A stretch of 64,000 nt of DNA. It comes from an uncultured archaeon (GTDB lineage Archaea; Thermoplasmatota; Penumbrarchaeia; JASLWR01). The DNA lies in NCBI GenBank assembly GCA_964342815.1, contig CAYFHS010000004.1:1-64000 (forward strand). Reading direction: 5' to 3'. The translations under genes were made by a program, and so were the position numbers. Below are positions 1 through 10,488 of this stretch, piece after piece; the first letter of the stretch is position 1; each line of letters starts with the position of its first letter. The notes under the pieces are model-generated. The model did no database searches and had not been told where the DNA came from. It saw only the letters and a program-made list of their open reading frames with translations.

Positions 1-2853
1 GGAAATCCATATCATCCAAACACCCTGGAACCGCACATACCCTACGACACAACTCCCACGGATGCTTTGAATTCTGTCGGAACAACCTGTGCCAAGGGAC
101 AGGCGGGGCTTCAGGCTTATTATGACCCCTACCGAATAAATAAACCATTGAAAAGAAGCGGACCGAGAGGATCCGGACAGTGGGAGACCATCGACTGGAC
201 AACGGCTATCGATGAGATATGCAACGGGGGAACTCTGCCTGGAGCCAAAGCCGGTGAGGCTGCATATGATTTCGAAGGCCTGGCAGATATTCGCCAATAT
301 GTGACTAAGGATGAAGTCATCACTGCATACGAGACTGCAAGGGCTGCGGCGGCAGTAGGAACCGAGATAACGGCTTTGACTGATTTTACTGCAATGGCAA
401 AAGCCGACCGGGATTTGATCGTAGCTCAATTGGACGCTGGTGTTGCAGCTAAGTTGATTGACCCGGATAACCCAAACTTTGGGCCAAAGGCAAATCAATT
501 GGTCCATACAGTTGGCAGGGCCGAGCATGGAAGAAAGGAATTCACGGATCGGTTCTTCGGGGATTATTATGGAACCTACAACTTGCGGAACGATCACACT
601 GATATCTGCGAGCTTCCAAGGCATGACGCAACAGTTCTCATAAGAAAGAAAACCAAGGCTCCGGCAGACTATCCCAACTCTGAATTCGTGATCTTCTTCG
701 GCTCTTCAAGACTTGAAGCGGGATTCCCGTTCCAGGCTGCGGCGAGGAAGGTCATTAGAGGCATAAACGATGGGAACCTGAAGATCGCAGTGGTCGATCC
801 CAGGTTTTCCGTGACAGCTTCAAAAGGTGATTGGTATCCGATTATTCCGGGCACAGATGGCGCATTGGCAATGGGAATGCTCAGGCATATGATCGAAAAC
901 AGCCTGTATGACGTTGAATACTGCAAGAATGCCACCTACGCAGCAGCCTCCGCAGACAGTGAAGCCACCTGGTGCGACGCAACCTATCTCGTAAGGGATG
1001 ACGATGGCAAATTCTTGAAACCAGCGGATGCCGGTCTTAGTGTACCGGCGGATGCCACGGGTAAATATGTTATCTGGGACGGAACTGCTGCCAAAGCGGT
1101 CTATCTTCCGGATGGAGAAAAGTATAAAATGGCCATCGAAGACGGCACAGAGCATGGTACAATTGAGTATACGGGTACGGTAAATGCAATACCCGTGAAA
1201 AGCTCTTTCACACTACTAAAAGCGGCAGCACAACAGAAAACCATCGCGGAATATGCAACGGCCTGCGGGCTCACTGAAGCCCAGATCACCGGCCTGGCGG
1301 TTGAGTTCACCAGCCACGGTAAAAAGGCTGTTGTGGAATACTACCGGGGCGTTGCCCAGCATACAAATGGCCTGCATAGCGCTTTTGCTCTTGGAACATT
1401 GAATACCATCATAGGCAACTCGGATCATAGGGGCGGCGTAATGTACGGCGGCCACAATTGGTATGAGTTCGGTCAGGGTAAATCCGGTTCTTTCCATGAT
1501 CTGAAGAGCAGTGACACAAAACCAGGTAAGGTTTCCTCGTGGGGCCTAAAGGTCTCCCGAGGTGGAGCTAAATATGAGGATACGACGGAATTTACCGATG
1601 ACGGATATCCAGCATCCCACGTGTACTTCCCATTGTTGGCTTCAACCGGGCATGCCAAAGCGATATCCCATGCATGTATGGAAGGAGTACTCGATTCATA
1701 TCCGTATCCTACAAAAGCGTATTTCGCTACCAAGGCCAACTACCCGTACTCCATGCCTGCTATGAGGGGGGTTATCGAGGAAGGTTTCAGGGATAAATCC
1801 GTTGTACCACTCTTTGTAACCTTCGATATTGTTGTAGGCGAGTTCTCAAGTCTGGCGGATTACATCCTACCTGACGGAACATTCTTTGAACAATGGGGAA
1901 CCCCGCATTATTACTACAGCATTCTTACAAAGGGCAGTTCGGTAAGACAGCCGGTGATGCCGTATATCAGCAGTGATATCAAGACCGTGGAGAATGTGTG
2001 TATCGAATTGGGCAAAAAACTCGGGTTTACGGGTTACGGTACTGGCGGGCTTGGAACGGCGGGGGACCTGAACGATGAGGTTGATTGGTATCATGCTTGT
2101 GTCGCAAATGTAGGAGGACAGGCAAAGGCATCCGGAGTGGCCGGAGTAAAAGACCTTACAACAGAAGCGGAAATGGTTGATTATCTTCTTGCTAGAGGAG
2201 GAGTCTTCGAAGATGCGAGTAAATCATATGATAGTGATGGGAATCCTGCTCATAAATGGAAATACAAAACATCGCCGTTCCATGTGTACTCAGAGCCGTT
2301 GGGCACCACAAAGAGCTACCTTGACGGTTCGACCTTCCCCGGAACAGGAACCTGGGTGCCACCCCAAGATTCAGCTGGGAATTCCATTGATGATGCGGGC
2401 TATGATTTCCATGTCATCACCTACAAGTTGGCCCAGCATACCCAATCACGTACCGCAGCCAACCCGTGGCTCATGAAGGTTATAGGGGACAATCACATCG
2501 AGATAAACAAGGCGGACGCAGATTCAATGGGGATTTCCACCGGAGATATGATCCGGATGGTCTCCAAGACGAATCCCGGAGGTGTGATCGGAAAGGCCAG
2601 GGTCATTGAGGGTATCCGGCCAAAAGTTGTTGCAGTCTCTCACAGTTTGGGTCATTGGCAGTATGGGACAAGGGCAAATGTGGTTGATGGTGCCATAACA
2701 GGGCATGATTCCTCTAGAGGCAGTGGCATATCGGCCAATTCCGTCATGCGTATGGACAATAATGGTATTGGGAATGGAAAATCCGGTTTGAGAGATGTGC
2801 TCAGTGGAGGCTTATGCTTCTTCGACACTAAAGTAAAAATAGAGAGGTTGTAG
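1..2853 (+). CDS. Molybdopterin oxidoreductase catalytic subunit, DMSO-reductase family, tetrathionate reductase A (TtrA)-like; 5'-partial
   Basis: Frame is open from base 1 (GNPYHPNT...TCAKG...DPYRINKPLKRSGPRGSGQWETIDW), resembling the TtrA GNPYHP/CARG region. Also FGPKANQL, likely Mo-ligand segment HTDICE (Cys codon TGC at 607-609), YILPDGTFFEQWG and a C-terminal molydop-binding domain (HTQSRT...NHIEINKADA...GHW). Confidence 0.85.
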   Translation, partial: GNPYHPNTLEPHIPYDTTPTDALNSVGTTCAKGQAGLQAYYDPYRINKPLKRSGPRGSGQWETIDWTTAIDEICNGGTLPGAKAGEAAYDFEGLADIRQYVTKDEVITAYETARAAAAVGTEITALTDFTAMAKADRDLIVAQLDAGVAAKLIDPDNPNFGPKANQLVHTVGRAEHGRKEFTDRFFGDYYGTYNLRNDHTDICELPRHDATVLIRKKTKAPADYPNSEFVIFFGSSRLEAGFPFQAAARKVIRGINDGNLKIAVVDPRFSVTASKGDWYPIIPGTDGALAMGMLRHMIENSLYDVEYCKNATYAAASADSEATWCDATYLVRDDDGKFLKPADAGLSVPADATGKYVIWDGTAAKAVYLPDGEKYKMAIEDGTEHGTIEYTGTVNAIPVKSSFTLLKAAAQQKTIAEYATACGLTEAQITGLAVEFTSHGKKAVVEYYRGVAQHTNGLHSAFALGTLNTIIGNSDHRGGVMYGGHNWYEFGQGKSGSFHDLKSSDTKPGKVSSWGLKVSRGGAKYEDTTEFTDDGYPASHVYFPLLASTGHAKAISHACMEGVLDSYPYPTKAYFATKANYPYSMPAMRGVIEEGFRDKSVVPLFVTFDIVVGEFSSLADYILPDGTFFEQWGTPHYYYSILTKGSSVRQPVMPYISSDIKTVENVCIELGKKLGFTGYGTGGLGTAGDLNDEVDWYHACVANVGGQAKASGVAGVKDLTTEAEMVDYLLARGGVFEDASKSYDSDGNPAHKWKYKTSPFHVYSEPLGTTKSYLDGSTFPGTGTWVPPQDSAGNSIDDAGYDFHVITYKLAQHTQSRTAANPWLMKVIGDNHIEINKADADSMGISTGDMIRMVSKTNPGGVIGKARVIEGIRPKVVAVSHSLGHWQYGTRANVVDGAITGHDSSRGSGISANSVMRMDNNGIGNGKSGLRDVLSGGLCFFDTKVKIERL

Positions 2854-2866
2854 GAGGTGATGATGT

Positions 2867-3400
2867 ATGGCAAAAGGGTTTAAAGTGGATCTTAATAGAT
2901 GCATCGGTTGTGATACGTGTGTAATTGCATGCAAATCCGAGAAAAACACAGTGATAAAAATCAATTACCGATGGCTAATGAATGTCGAGGGAGGGACCTA
3001 TCCAACCCCCACAAGATATTGGGTTTCTGCAGCCTGCAATCATTGTGCGGACCCCGCATGTTTGGAAGCCTGCCCTGTGGATGCGATAACGAAAAGAACC
3101 GACGGGATCGTACACATCGACGATGCTAAATGCGTTGGATGTGACAAGTGTATCTGGGCATGCCCCTATGGGGCGCCTCAGAAGAACTCTTCGACCCGGA
3201 AAGTTGAAAAATGCGATATGTGCATGCATCTTATCGATGCGGGATTTAATCCGGCATGTGTTTCCGCATGCCCCGTTGAAGCTTTGGGAATCGATGACGC
3301 AGCCACTCTTGCCGGTGACTCGTCCTTGACGGCAGATATCGCTGGAATGCCATCCTCTTCGATGACAAATCCAACAACACGATATAAAGATAGAAGCTGA
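2867..3400 (+). CDS. 4Fe-4S electron-transfer subunit (TtrB/DmsB/NrfC-like)
   Basis: Four Cys clusters: CIGCDTC, CNHCADPAC..CP, CVGCDKC..CPY, KCDMC...PACVSACP. Strong GGAGGTGA RBS directly after the A subunit. Confidence 0.92.
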   Translation: MAKGFKVDLNRCIGCDTCVIACKSEKNTVIKINYRWLMNVEGGTYPTPTRYWVSAACNHCADPACLEACPVDAITKRTDGIVHIDDAKCVGCDKCIWACPYGAPQKNSSTRKVEKCDMCMHLIDAGFNPACVSACPVEALGIDDAATLAGDSSLTADIAGMPSSSMTNPTTRYKDRS

Positions 3401-3404
3401 TAGC

Positions 3405-4076
3405 ATGGATTCTATCGTTGGGTCACCCTTTTCTGATGAAAGGGAACTGACCGAAGCGAGAAAGAACATTTATTCGTTTCTTTCTCGCATTTTTCTTGAA
3501 AAACCTTCCCAAGAGACAATAAATAGTATTCTTAACAAGGACTTTTTGGCAAATCTTCCCGATGCGAAAGATGGGAATGAGCCTCATCCCCTGAAACAAT
3601 TCGCCGCTTCGTTCAATGGGGATATAAAATCACTTCAGGATGAATATAACATTCTTTTTGTGATCCCTTTAAAAAGGACTTATGTGAAGCCCTATGAATC
3701 CGTTTATCTAACTGGCCTCATGCTTCAGGAACCAACCAATTGTGTTAAACGATTTTATGGAGAGAGCGGCATAGATATCTCCGAAACCTTTCCAGACCCC
3801 GCCGATCATGTGGGTTTGGAATTGGAGTTTATGAAGATGTTGTGTGAGAAGGAGATTGACTCATTGAACGAGAAGAATACCGAGAAAACGATCAAGTATT
3901 TGGGTCTAGAAAAAAGTTTCCTAGAAGAGCATCTTTTAAAATGGATCCCCGCTCTGGTGGATGAGATATGCGAGAAGTCAGAGAATTATTTTTATAGGGG
4001 CATATCTATTTTTTTAAGGGACTTTATCTTTTTTGATAAAGTACAAGTGGATGATCTGCTAACGGAATTTAAATAG
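3405..4076 (+). CDS. TorD/DmsD-family molybdoenzyme chaperone
   Basis: KPYESVY and DPADHVGLELEFM motifs, then FLEEHLLKWIP; lies in the molybdoenzyme operon. Confidence 0.9.
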   Translation: MDSIVGSPFSDERELTEARKNIYSFLSRIFLEKPSQETINSILNKDFLANLPDAKDGNEPHPLKQFAASFNGDIKSLQDEYNILFVIPLKRTYVKPYESVYLTGLMLQEPTNCVKRFYGESGIDISETFPDPADHVGLELEFMKMLCEKEIDSLNEKNTEKTIKYLGLEKSFLEEHLLKWIPALVDEICEKSENYFYRGISIFLRDFIFFDKVQVDDLLTEFK

Positions 4077-4115
4077 TAAACGATTGTTTGTTCTGCTTTC
4101 TGTGAGGGAACTGGC

Positions 4116-5381
4116 TTGGAAGTCGATAATGAAAGCATCCGCCTATTTGGAAGAATAGTTGCAAATTTGGAGCGGAGCAGGATATATAAAGTTGTTAAAG
4201 GCCCCAAATTGAGCAATGTATTGGATATGGTGGAAGATATTGATCTTGGTTATTTGGGTGTCAATCAAAAACTTTGTCACAACAACAGGTATACCAGGAA
4301 GATCTGTAATACCTGCGAAATATTCTGCCCTGTAGGGGCTATCGAATTTAATAGGGAAAAGGGCATCATTATCGACGAAAAAAAATGTATTCAGTGCGGG
4401 GTGTGCGGCCCGGTTTGTCCCAATGGCGTGTTCGAAGTAAAGATAATGTCTGATGAAAAGATGTTTTCCGACATTTATAATATTTTAAACAACTCCAAAA
4501 CAAAAAACCTCCGCTTTGATTGTACGAAATGTAATGGTAAGTACGGAAAAATCAAGAAAAGGAGAAATAAAAAAGAAACCTTACTTATACCTTGCTTGGG
4601 AAGCATATCCGAACTTTTTATCCTCTGGGCACATGTTCTTGGCGTAAATAAAATTTCATATGGAAGATGTGATGACCAATGCCAATGTACCAAGGGGATA
4701 AAGGTTTTCAAGCGCACGCGTATTCTGATCGAACATATAATGAGAAGCATGATCATTGTGCCTACTTCAGGTAATTCCGGCGAATCCCTTGTTGGCGAAT
4801 TCTCCGGTCAGGTGGAAGATGAAGGGACTAGGAGAAATTTTTTAGCAGATCTGGGGAAAAAAACTGCAAAGATTTTCGATATTGGAAATGAAGAGAATTC
4901 GGAGGAAAAAGAATTCTGGCATCAACAGGTCCCCAAAAAAAGGCTTGCACTCCTCAAATTCGCCCATACGTTGGAATGTAAAAGATATAAAACTAAAAGA
5001 AGGTCCCTTCCATTTGCGGAAGTGATGATCGACGAGGATAATTGCGATCTATGTGAAGTTTGTACTGCACTATGCCCTACGGGGGCTCTAAGCTCTTTGG
5101 AACTGGATGACTTGAGTATAATCTACTTTAATTTTGGAAAATGTACCGGGTGCGGTCTATGCAGAAGGGCCTGTCCAAACAAGGCACTGGCATATCGGGA
5201 GAAAGTGGATCTGGGGATGCTAAAAAACAAAGCCAGCATTCTTGTTAAGATCAGAACCGAGAGTTGTTCCGAATGTGGATTGAAGTATGTGGTGAGGGAA
5301 TCGATTAATTCCTGCCCTCAATGCGAAAAGAGAAGGTCGATCCAAAAAGGATTGAACGATTCCTTTAATAACGGGCAATAA
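4116..5381 (+). CDS. Polyferredoxin-like multi-4Fe-4S protein
   Basis: CNTCEIFCP, CIQCGVCGPVCP, CDLCEVCTALCP, CTGCGLCRRACP plus terminal CSEC/CPQC. Start codon uncertain. Confidence 0.8.
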   Translation: MEVDNESIRLFGRIVANLERSRIYKVVKGPKLSNVLDMVEDIDLGYLGVNQKLCHNNRYTRKICNTCEIFCPVGAIEFNREKGIIIDEKKCIQCGVCGPVCPNGVFEVKIMSDEKMFSDIYNILNNSKTKNLRFDCTKCNGKYGKIKKRRNKKETLLIPCLGSISELFILWAHVLGVNKISYGRCDDQCQCTKGIKVFKRTRILIEHIMRSMIIVPTSGNSGESLVGEFSGQVEDEGTRRNFLADLGKKTAKIFDIGNEENSEEKEFWHQQVPKKRLALLKFAHTLECKRYKTKRRSLPFAEVMIDEDNCDLCEVCTALCPTGALSSLELDDLSIIYFNFGKCTGCGLCRRACPNKALAYREKVDLGMLKNKASILVKIRTESCSECGLKYVVRESINSCPQCEKRRSIQKGLNDSFNNGQ

Positions 5382-5497
5382 ACGAACCATGATTTTACGT
5401 ATATATTATCATAATTAACAATTGTTAAGCAAACCGTTATATATCATTGAGAATAACGGTTAATACATTGAATTGATTATTTCGGAGAGCTGTTTCC

Positions 5498-6028
5498 ATG
5501 ACAAAAATCATAGGTATGGCAGGGTATAAGAAAACAGGCAAGACAACCACCACCGAACGGCTGATAAGATCTTTGAAATCCAGAGGTTTCCGAGTAGGTT
5601 CCGCGAAATTCATGCACATGGCCCACATGAAATTGGATGTCAAAGGGAAAGATACGTACCGCCATATGGATGCCGGAGCGGATTTTGTGTTCGCCTTAAC
5701 TCCAAAAAGGACCGTGTTATTTAACAGAACACGGGAGCGAATGAACGTTAAGGACGTTTTGACGAATCTTCCCAAGAATGTGGATTTTTTAATTTGTGAG
5801 GGATTGCGCAGCAATGGATCGGACGCCTATTTCGTTCTAACGGCAAAGGATAGGGGCCAGATCAATTCGATAATAGCTGAGATGGGGATCGAAAATAATA
5901 GGATTATTGCGATTTCCGGCGTCATAGGTAGTAGAATTTCTGAACATGACGGTTTTCCTGTTCTGAACTGTTTGGATAATAAAGATTTGGAAGATCTAAC
6001 GGACGCAGTTGTAACCTTGAATGGATAG
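5498..6028 (+). CDS. mobB: Molybdopterin-guanine dinucleotide biosynthesis protein B
   Basis: P-loop GYKKTGKTT, GKDTYRHMDAGA and DFLICEG motifs; Mo-enzyme context. Confidence 0.88.
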   Translation: MTKIIGMAGYKKTGKTTTTERLIRSLKSRGFRVGSAKFMHMAHMKLDVKGKDTYRHMDAGADFVFALTPKRTVLFNRTRERMNVKDVLTNLPKNVDFLICEGLRSNGSDAYFVLTAKDRGQINSIIAEMGIENNRIIAISGVIGSRISEHDGFPVLNCLDNKDLEDLTDAVVTLNG

Positions 6029-6055
6029 GTTGATCAAAGATCGAGGTGTTTTTTC

Positions 6056-6970
6056 GTGGATATTAACCTATTGGGCGTATTCATACCAGTATTTTTGCTA
6101 ATTTTCATCGGATTTGTTACAGGGAGATTTAGCAAGGTGCAGAAAAGCACAATAAAAGTATTATCCGATCTCACCCTTTATATCCTGGTTCCGGCCCTCA
6201 TAATTACGAGTCTCGCGAAGATGACACTCACATCCGTTTTTTGGCTGATAGTCCTTTCTGCAGTATTTATTGTAGTTGTCACGGCTTTCCTTGCTTACAT
6301 AATTTCGAAGATCAAGAAACTAAAAGATAATACTCGTCGCGGTTTCCTAATGACAACGATGTTTATGAATGCCGGGAGCCTGGCATCCTCTATCTGTCTT
6401 TTATTCTACGGTCCGGAAGGTTTTATTCTCGCAATAATCTTCTATATTACCACTCAGATCCTCCTCTACACTTTGGGTATTTTCATAGCCTCTTCCAGGA
6501 AGGGAAGGTCGAATCTTCATTCTCTGAGAACCGTGGTATCCCTCCCGTTGATATATGCATTATTGGTTGGGATTCTATTCTCGTACTACCGGATAGGGAT
6601 TCCTGTGCTTGTTCTGAGACCCCTGGAGCTTCTAAGCAGCGCGGCAGTTCCTTTGCTTCTTATCACTCTTGGTCTGCAGCTTTCGGTCATAAAGGTGAAA
6701 ATATCAAAATTGAACCTTCCCGCCCTGAGCACTACAGTAAGAATGGGCTTTGGCCTTCTATTGGGCTTTGTTTTCGCCCATATGGGTGGTCTTCGGGGAA
6801 TTCCATTTGGAGTGGTTATCATTGCGTCGGCAATGCCCACGAAGATAACAACTTTCCCTATCGCTCAGAAATTCAACTGCGACATCGAGAATGTGACCCT
6901 ATCCATATTTCTTTCAACAGCCATAAGCTTGCTTACAATACCACTAATTCTGGGTTTGTTATCTCTATGA
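6056..6970 (+). CDS. AEC (auxin efflux carrier)-family membrane transporter
   Basis: About 10 hydrophobic segments; FMNAGSL and AVPLLLITLG motifs; ASAMP near the C-terminus. GTG start. Confidence 0.8.
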   Translation: MDINLLGVFIPVFLLIFIGFVTGRFSKVQKSTIKVLSDLTLYILVPALIITSLAKMTLTSVFWLIVLSAVFIVVVTAFLAYIISKIKKLKDNTRRGFLMTTMFMNAGSLASSICLLFYGPEGFILAIIFYITTQILLYTLGIFIASSRKGRSNLHSLRTVVSLPLIYALLVGILFSYYRIGIPVLVLRPLELLSSAAVPLLLITLGLQLSVIKVKISKLNLPALSTTVRMGFGLLLGFVFAHMGGLRGIPFGVVIIASAMPTKITTFPIAQKFNCDIENVTLSIFLSTAISLLTIPLILGLLSL

Positions 6971-7043
6971 TATATTCAATATCTTCAGTTTAAGCGTAAT
7001 ATATTTTAATTGGGCCGAACATATCCTGGACAGGTGACTCTTA

Positions 7044-7844
7044 TTGAGTAAAATGATGACGTTTCTGGAGCATATCCATGAACTGCAAAGGTGCTTGAAA
7101 AAAGTATTTGGCTTGATATTCATTGAGTTTATTTTCTTTTTCACATTTGGGTTCAAGGAGTTCTATTTCAGGAGTACAATGCTAGTTTATCCTTATCCTA
7201 CTTTAAAGAACTCTTTTTCAGCAGCCCTGTTCAGGAGAATGTGGGATTATCTGGTACCTATGAATTTGAATGGTGTGGTGATTAAACCCTATGCCAGTCT
7301 CGGGGGCGGCATTATGTTGCTGGTCATCATGTCCCTATTTTTGGCGATCACATTCAGCATGCCGATGACCCTTTGGGAACTCGCTAAATTCGTCAGTCCC
7401 GCTCTAAAAGAGAGGGAGAGGAGAGGTATCATAAAGACGATAATTCCTGCAACAATTCTCTTCCTTGGGGGCTGTGCATTCGCCTTTTTTTTATTGATTC
7501 CTTTCACAATCCATTTCCTCTTGCAGGTGATAGTTGGACTGGATGCAACCGCGCTTATTACAGTCGATGATTTCATGAAATTTGTTATTCTTTTTACTCT
7601 TGCCTTTGGGATAGTGTTCGAACTGCCCATAATAATGTACGGCCTTACCAGAATCGGAGTTGTGGAATCGAAATTCTGGCTGAGGAATTGGAGATACGCA
7701 TTTATTATGATGATAATCTTCGGAGGTATTATTACTCCCGATGGCAGCGGCATCACCCAGCTTATGATAGCAATTCCCATGTTAGGACTTTACTTTATTG
7801 GATACCTTGCTGGAAGGTCATTTGAGAAAAAACAAAACAACTAA
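7044..7844 (+). CDS. tatC: Twin-arginine translocase subunit TatC
   Basis: TFLEHIHEL, FVSPALKERE, FGIVFELP, WRYAFI...ITPDGSGITQLMIAIPM. Confidence 0.93.
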   Translation: MSKMMTFLEHIHELQRCLKKVFGLIFIEFIFFFTFGFKEFYFRSTMLVYPYPTLKNSFSAALFRRMWDYLVPMNLNGVVIKPYASLGGGIMLLVIMSLFLAITFSMPMTLWELAKFVSPALKERERRGIIKTIIPATILFLGGCAFAFFLLIPFTIHFLLQVIVGLDATALITVDDFMKFVILFTLAFGIVFELPIIMYGLTRIGVVESKFWLRNWRYAFIMMIIFGGIITPDGSGITQLMIAIPMLGLYFIGYLAGRSFEKKQNN

Positions 7845-7911
7845 AAGATTAACCTGTCTGTGTGATGGCTTATTTTTGATTTCTTCATCTTAGAATGCTA
7901 TGTTCCAAACC

Positions 7912-10368
7912 CTATTTTTCTTCTTTATTCTCGTGCTCGAGTGGGCCCATCTTCTTTCTTTTTATTATTATAATTAGAATGAACACAAATAATATAGTTA
8001 TAACCAAAGCACCAACAAGCCATGTTATCTGGCTAGCATTCTCCGTTGTTTCTACATCTTGAACGAGGGCAGGCTCAGCGTTTGAGAATGACACACCACT
8101 GATATTACCCGACTCATCAATAGCTACTAAAGCGAAATAATAGGTGGTTTCCGCTGTCAAACCTTCCAGAACGTATGAATCGTTTGTTGTATTGACAATG
8201 GGAGTGAGAGCAGATACATCGGTAATCGGGGACGTATTCCAATACAATTCATAATGATCCACCTCGGAGGATTCACTGAAATTCCACTTTAAATAAATTT
8301 TACTGTCATGGCCGTCCATAGCCAGGAATACCATTATGGGTTTTGAGCCGGAGATTGAGCTCAATGCGAGACTCATCATAGATTTATGCGCATCGTTATT
8401 TTCAGCAAAGCCCACTACATCGGTTACATCATTCCAGATCGGGTCTGAATAGCTCTGATGACAGCCAATGCACAGCCCGACCCTGCTTATTTTTTCCTGC
8501 TCCTCCTTATTGAAAGGTCTTGAACCAACATGGGATGTTGCCTGTATCTGCTTGCCGTCCTCATCTACAATTCTTTCAAGTTCAAAATCAATATTCAGTC
8601 CATTTCCGGATGGATCAAATATACCGGAACCGAGCCCCAACGTTTTTTGCTCGGTATGACAATCTTCACAGGTACGAGCGGAGGAGGAAATAGTATGAGG
8701 TTGGATGGGATTGTGGGCTATCCCTGATGTTCCATCTGTTGTGGTGTATATTTTATTCAGTACGACAACTTCCCCATTCTCATCGATATATGTGAATATG
8801 GCCTGGCATCCCGGGATAAATGGCGATACCTTTCCCTCTGCATTTATACCGAGGACAGGTGAACCCCATCGAAGATAGCTTCTTGATTCTTCCCATGAAT
8901 TCGTTGCGTCCTCTTTTGCATCAACCCAGTCATAACCGGTTTGAGAAGCATCCATCTTAGCATGACAGCCGTAACATTGCGGAGCCCACTTTGCATGGCA
9001 CGCATAGCACTCCAAACTATCGATATGAGGAATCGAACTCATGGCGGTTTTTGCGGCAGTACTTTTCCAGGATCCGGTTTCATTTATTAATTTTAGTATT
9101 GGTATTTCATGCTCTTTACCATCGTATTTCGAGGTCAGGGTCAAGGTATTTCCATTTTTTTCAATATTTGTAAACTCATTTCCGCCCGGGGTTCCATAAA
9201 TGGTACCATCGGCTTTTATGGCCCCGGAGGTCTTTACTTTTCCCTCCTCATCCCACGGGTATTCATCAGGCGTACCATGGCAGTCCGTGCATTCAATTTC
9301 CACGGCTTCCTCCTTTTTTGCATATATGTTACCGTCACCCATTATATCATTCTTAGTATGGCAGTCTATACATTGCATTCCGCGCTCGTAATGGACATCC
9401 GGGGTCAGATGGTTATAATTTTTTCCATGCAATTTTGATTGTTTCCCACCCGTATCCGTAAACGGTGTTCCATAGCCATCAGATTCCATGGTCCCTATAA
9501 AGCTAACGCCTGTTCGGCCGCCACGGTTATGACAATGAACACATTGTTCCGCGGGGATCCTGGTAGTGATCTCATGCTTGAGTGGATGGCCTGCTTCCTC
9601 CTTATTTACGGTGGTATCATTCCCAATATATAATCCCTCGTCAGAATAAAGAACATGGCAAGCGGAACAACCGCTTGAGCGATAATCGCCAGCGCGTTCT
9701 TTACCTTCGGTCCATATGTGACACCTCAAACACTGATTACGGAGATAATCGTCAATGGGTTCTGATGAATTCTGAAAGTTGGGTATTTGGCTCAGGCTTA
9801 GGAGTGCACCGTTTTCAGAAGGGACGTTTCCATCGGAATCTTCAATATCAAAAATCGAATAGGATGAGTTTCGGTCCTGAGCCCCCCAGGTATATCGCGA
9901 TCCGCTGATCATCCCTGCCATTGTTGCATGCATCGATTTTTTGACTCTATCAATTTCATTTAGATGACATTGCCCACACGTCCCCCGAACTACATTCAGA
10001 TCCCCGGGATTTATGAACATGCCCTTATGCGATTCATTTTTTTCAGCAGCTTCCCCATCGCCTTTGTGACAAGTTGTACATGAATAATCCATCTTCGGGT
10101 TAATGGGTTCAATACCTTGATGGCAGCCACCGCTCTCGCAACTCTCAACGGCCCGGGTATCTATGATCGCTGACTTCTCAGTAGATAGGATCGGGTTCTC
10201 GCTTTCAAATTTATCAGTATCGTTTTCGATCTCACTCGTATTTAATAATAAACACAACGAAATGATGATGACTGCGGAAAGAAAAAGAAAACTCCATTTT
10301 AATAATCTACCTTCCTTGAATATTTCCTTGACCCTTACACTAACATAAGTCATTCTATCGATTATCAT
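7912..10368 (-). CDS. Multiheme c-type cytochrome (11 CxxCH + 1 CX4CH) with an FN3-like domain and N- and C-terminal transmembrane segments
   Basis: Motifs CESGGCH, CTTCH, CGQCH, CLRCH, CSACH, CVHCH, CIDCH, CTDCH, CYACH, CYGCH, CEDCH, CIGCH. FN3-like segment LKW...HYELYW...LTAETTYYFALVAID. C-terminal hydrophobic helix followed by KRKK. Confidence 0.9.
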   Translation of the reverse strand: MIIDRMTYVSVRVKEIFKEGRLLKWSFLFLSAVIIISLCLLLNTSEIENDTDKFESENPILSTEKSAIIDTRAVESCESGGCHQGIEPINPKMDYSCTTCHKGDGEAAEKNESHKGMFINPGDLNVVRGTCGQCHLNEIDRVKKSMHATMAGMISGSRYTWGAQDRNSSYSIFDIEDSDGNVPSENGALLSLSQIPNFQNSSEPIDDYLRNQCLRCHIWTEGKERAGDYRSSGCSACHVLYSDEGLYIGNDTTVNKEEAGHPLKHEITTRIPAEQCVHCHNRGGRTGVSFIGTMESDGYGTPFTDTGGKQSKLHGKNYNHLTPDVHYERGMQCIDCHTKNDIMGDGNIYAKKEEAVEIECTDCHGTPDEYPWDEEGKVKTSGAIKADGTIYGTPGGNEFTNIEKNGNTLTLTSKYDGKEHEIPILKLINETGSWKSTAAKTAMSSIPHIDSLECYACHAKWAPQCYGCHAKMDASQTGYDWVDAKEDATNSWEESRSYLRWGSPVLGINAEGKVSPFIPGCQAIFTYIDENGEVVVLNKIYTTTDGTSGIAHNPIQPHTISSSARTCEDCHTEQKTLGLGSGIFDPSGNGLNIDFELERIVDEDGKQIQATSHVGSRPFNKEEQEKISRVGLCIGCHQSYSDPIWNDVTDVVGFAENNDAHKSMMSLALSSISGSKPIMVFLAMDGHDSKIYLKWNFSESSEVDHYELYWNTSPITDVSALTPIVNTTNDSYVLEGLTAETTYYFALVAIDESGNISGVSFSNAEPALVQDVETTENASQITWLVGALVITILFVFILIIIIKRKKMGPLEHENKEEK

Positions 10369-10488
10369 ATCAATTAGAATAACTCTATATTATTTAACAA
10401 CAAGTACGATAATTTAAAGGGCATATGAGAAGAAAAGTAAGAATTGCAGTTTTAATTTCCCCATCAAACAAAAACACAAATTTTACTT

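Noticed and set aside
595-615. Selenocysteine at the molybdoenzyme active site
   Set aside because: The ligand codon is TGC (Cys) and the visible ORF has no in-frame TGA.
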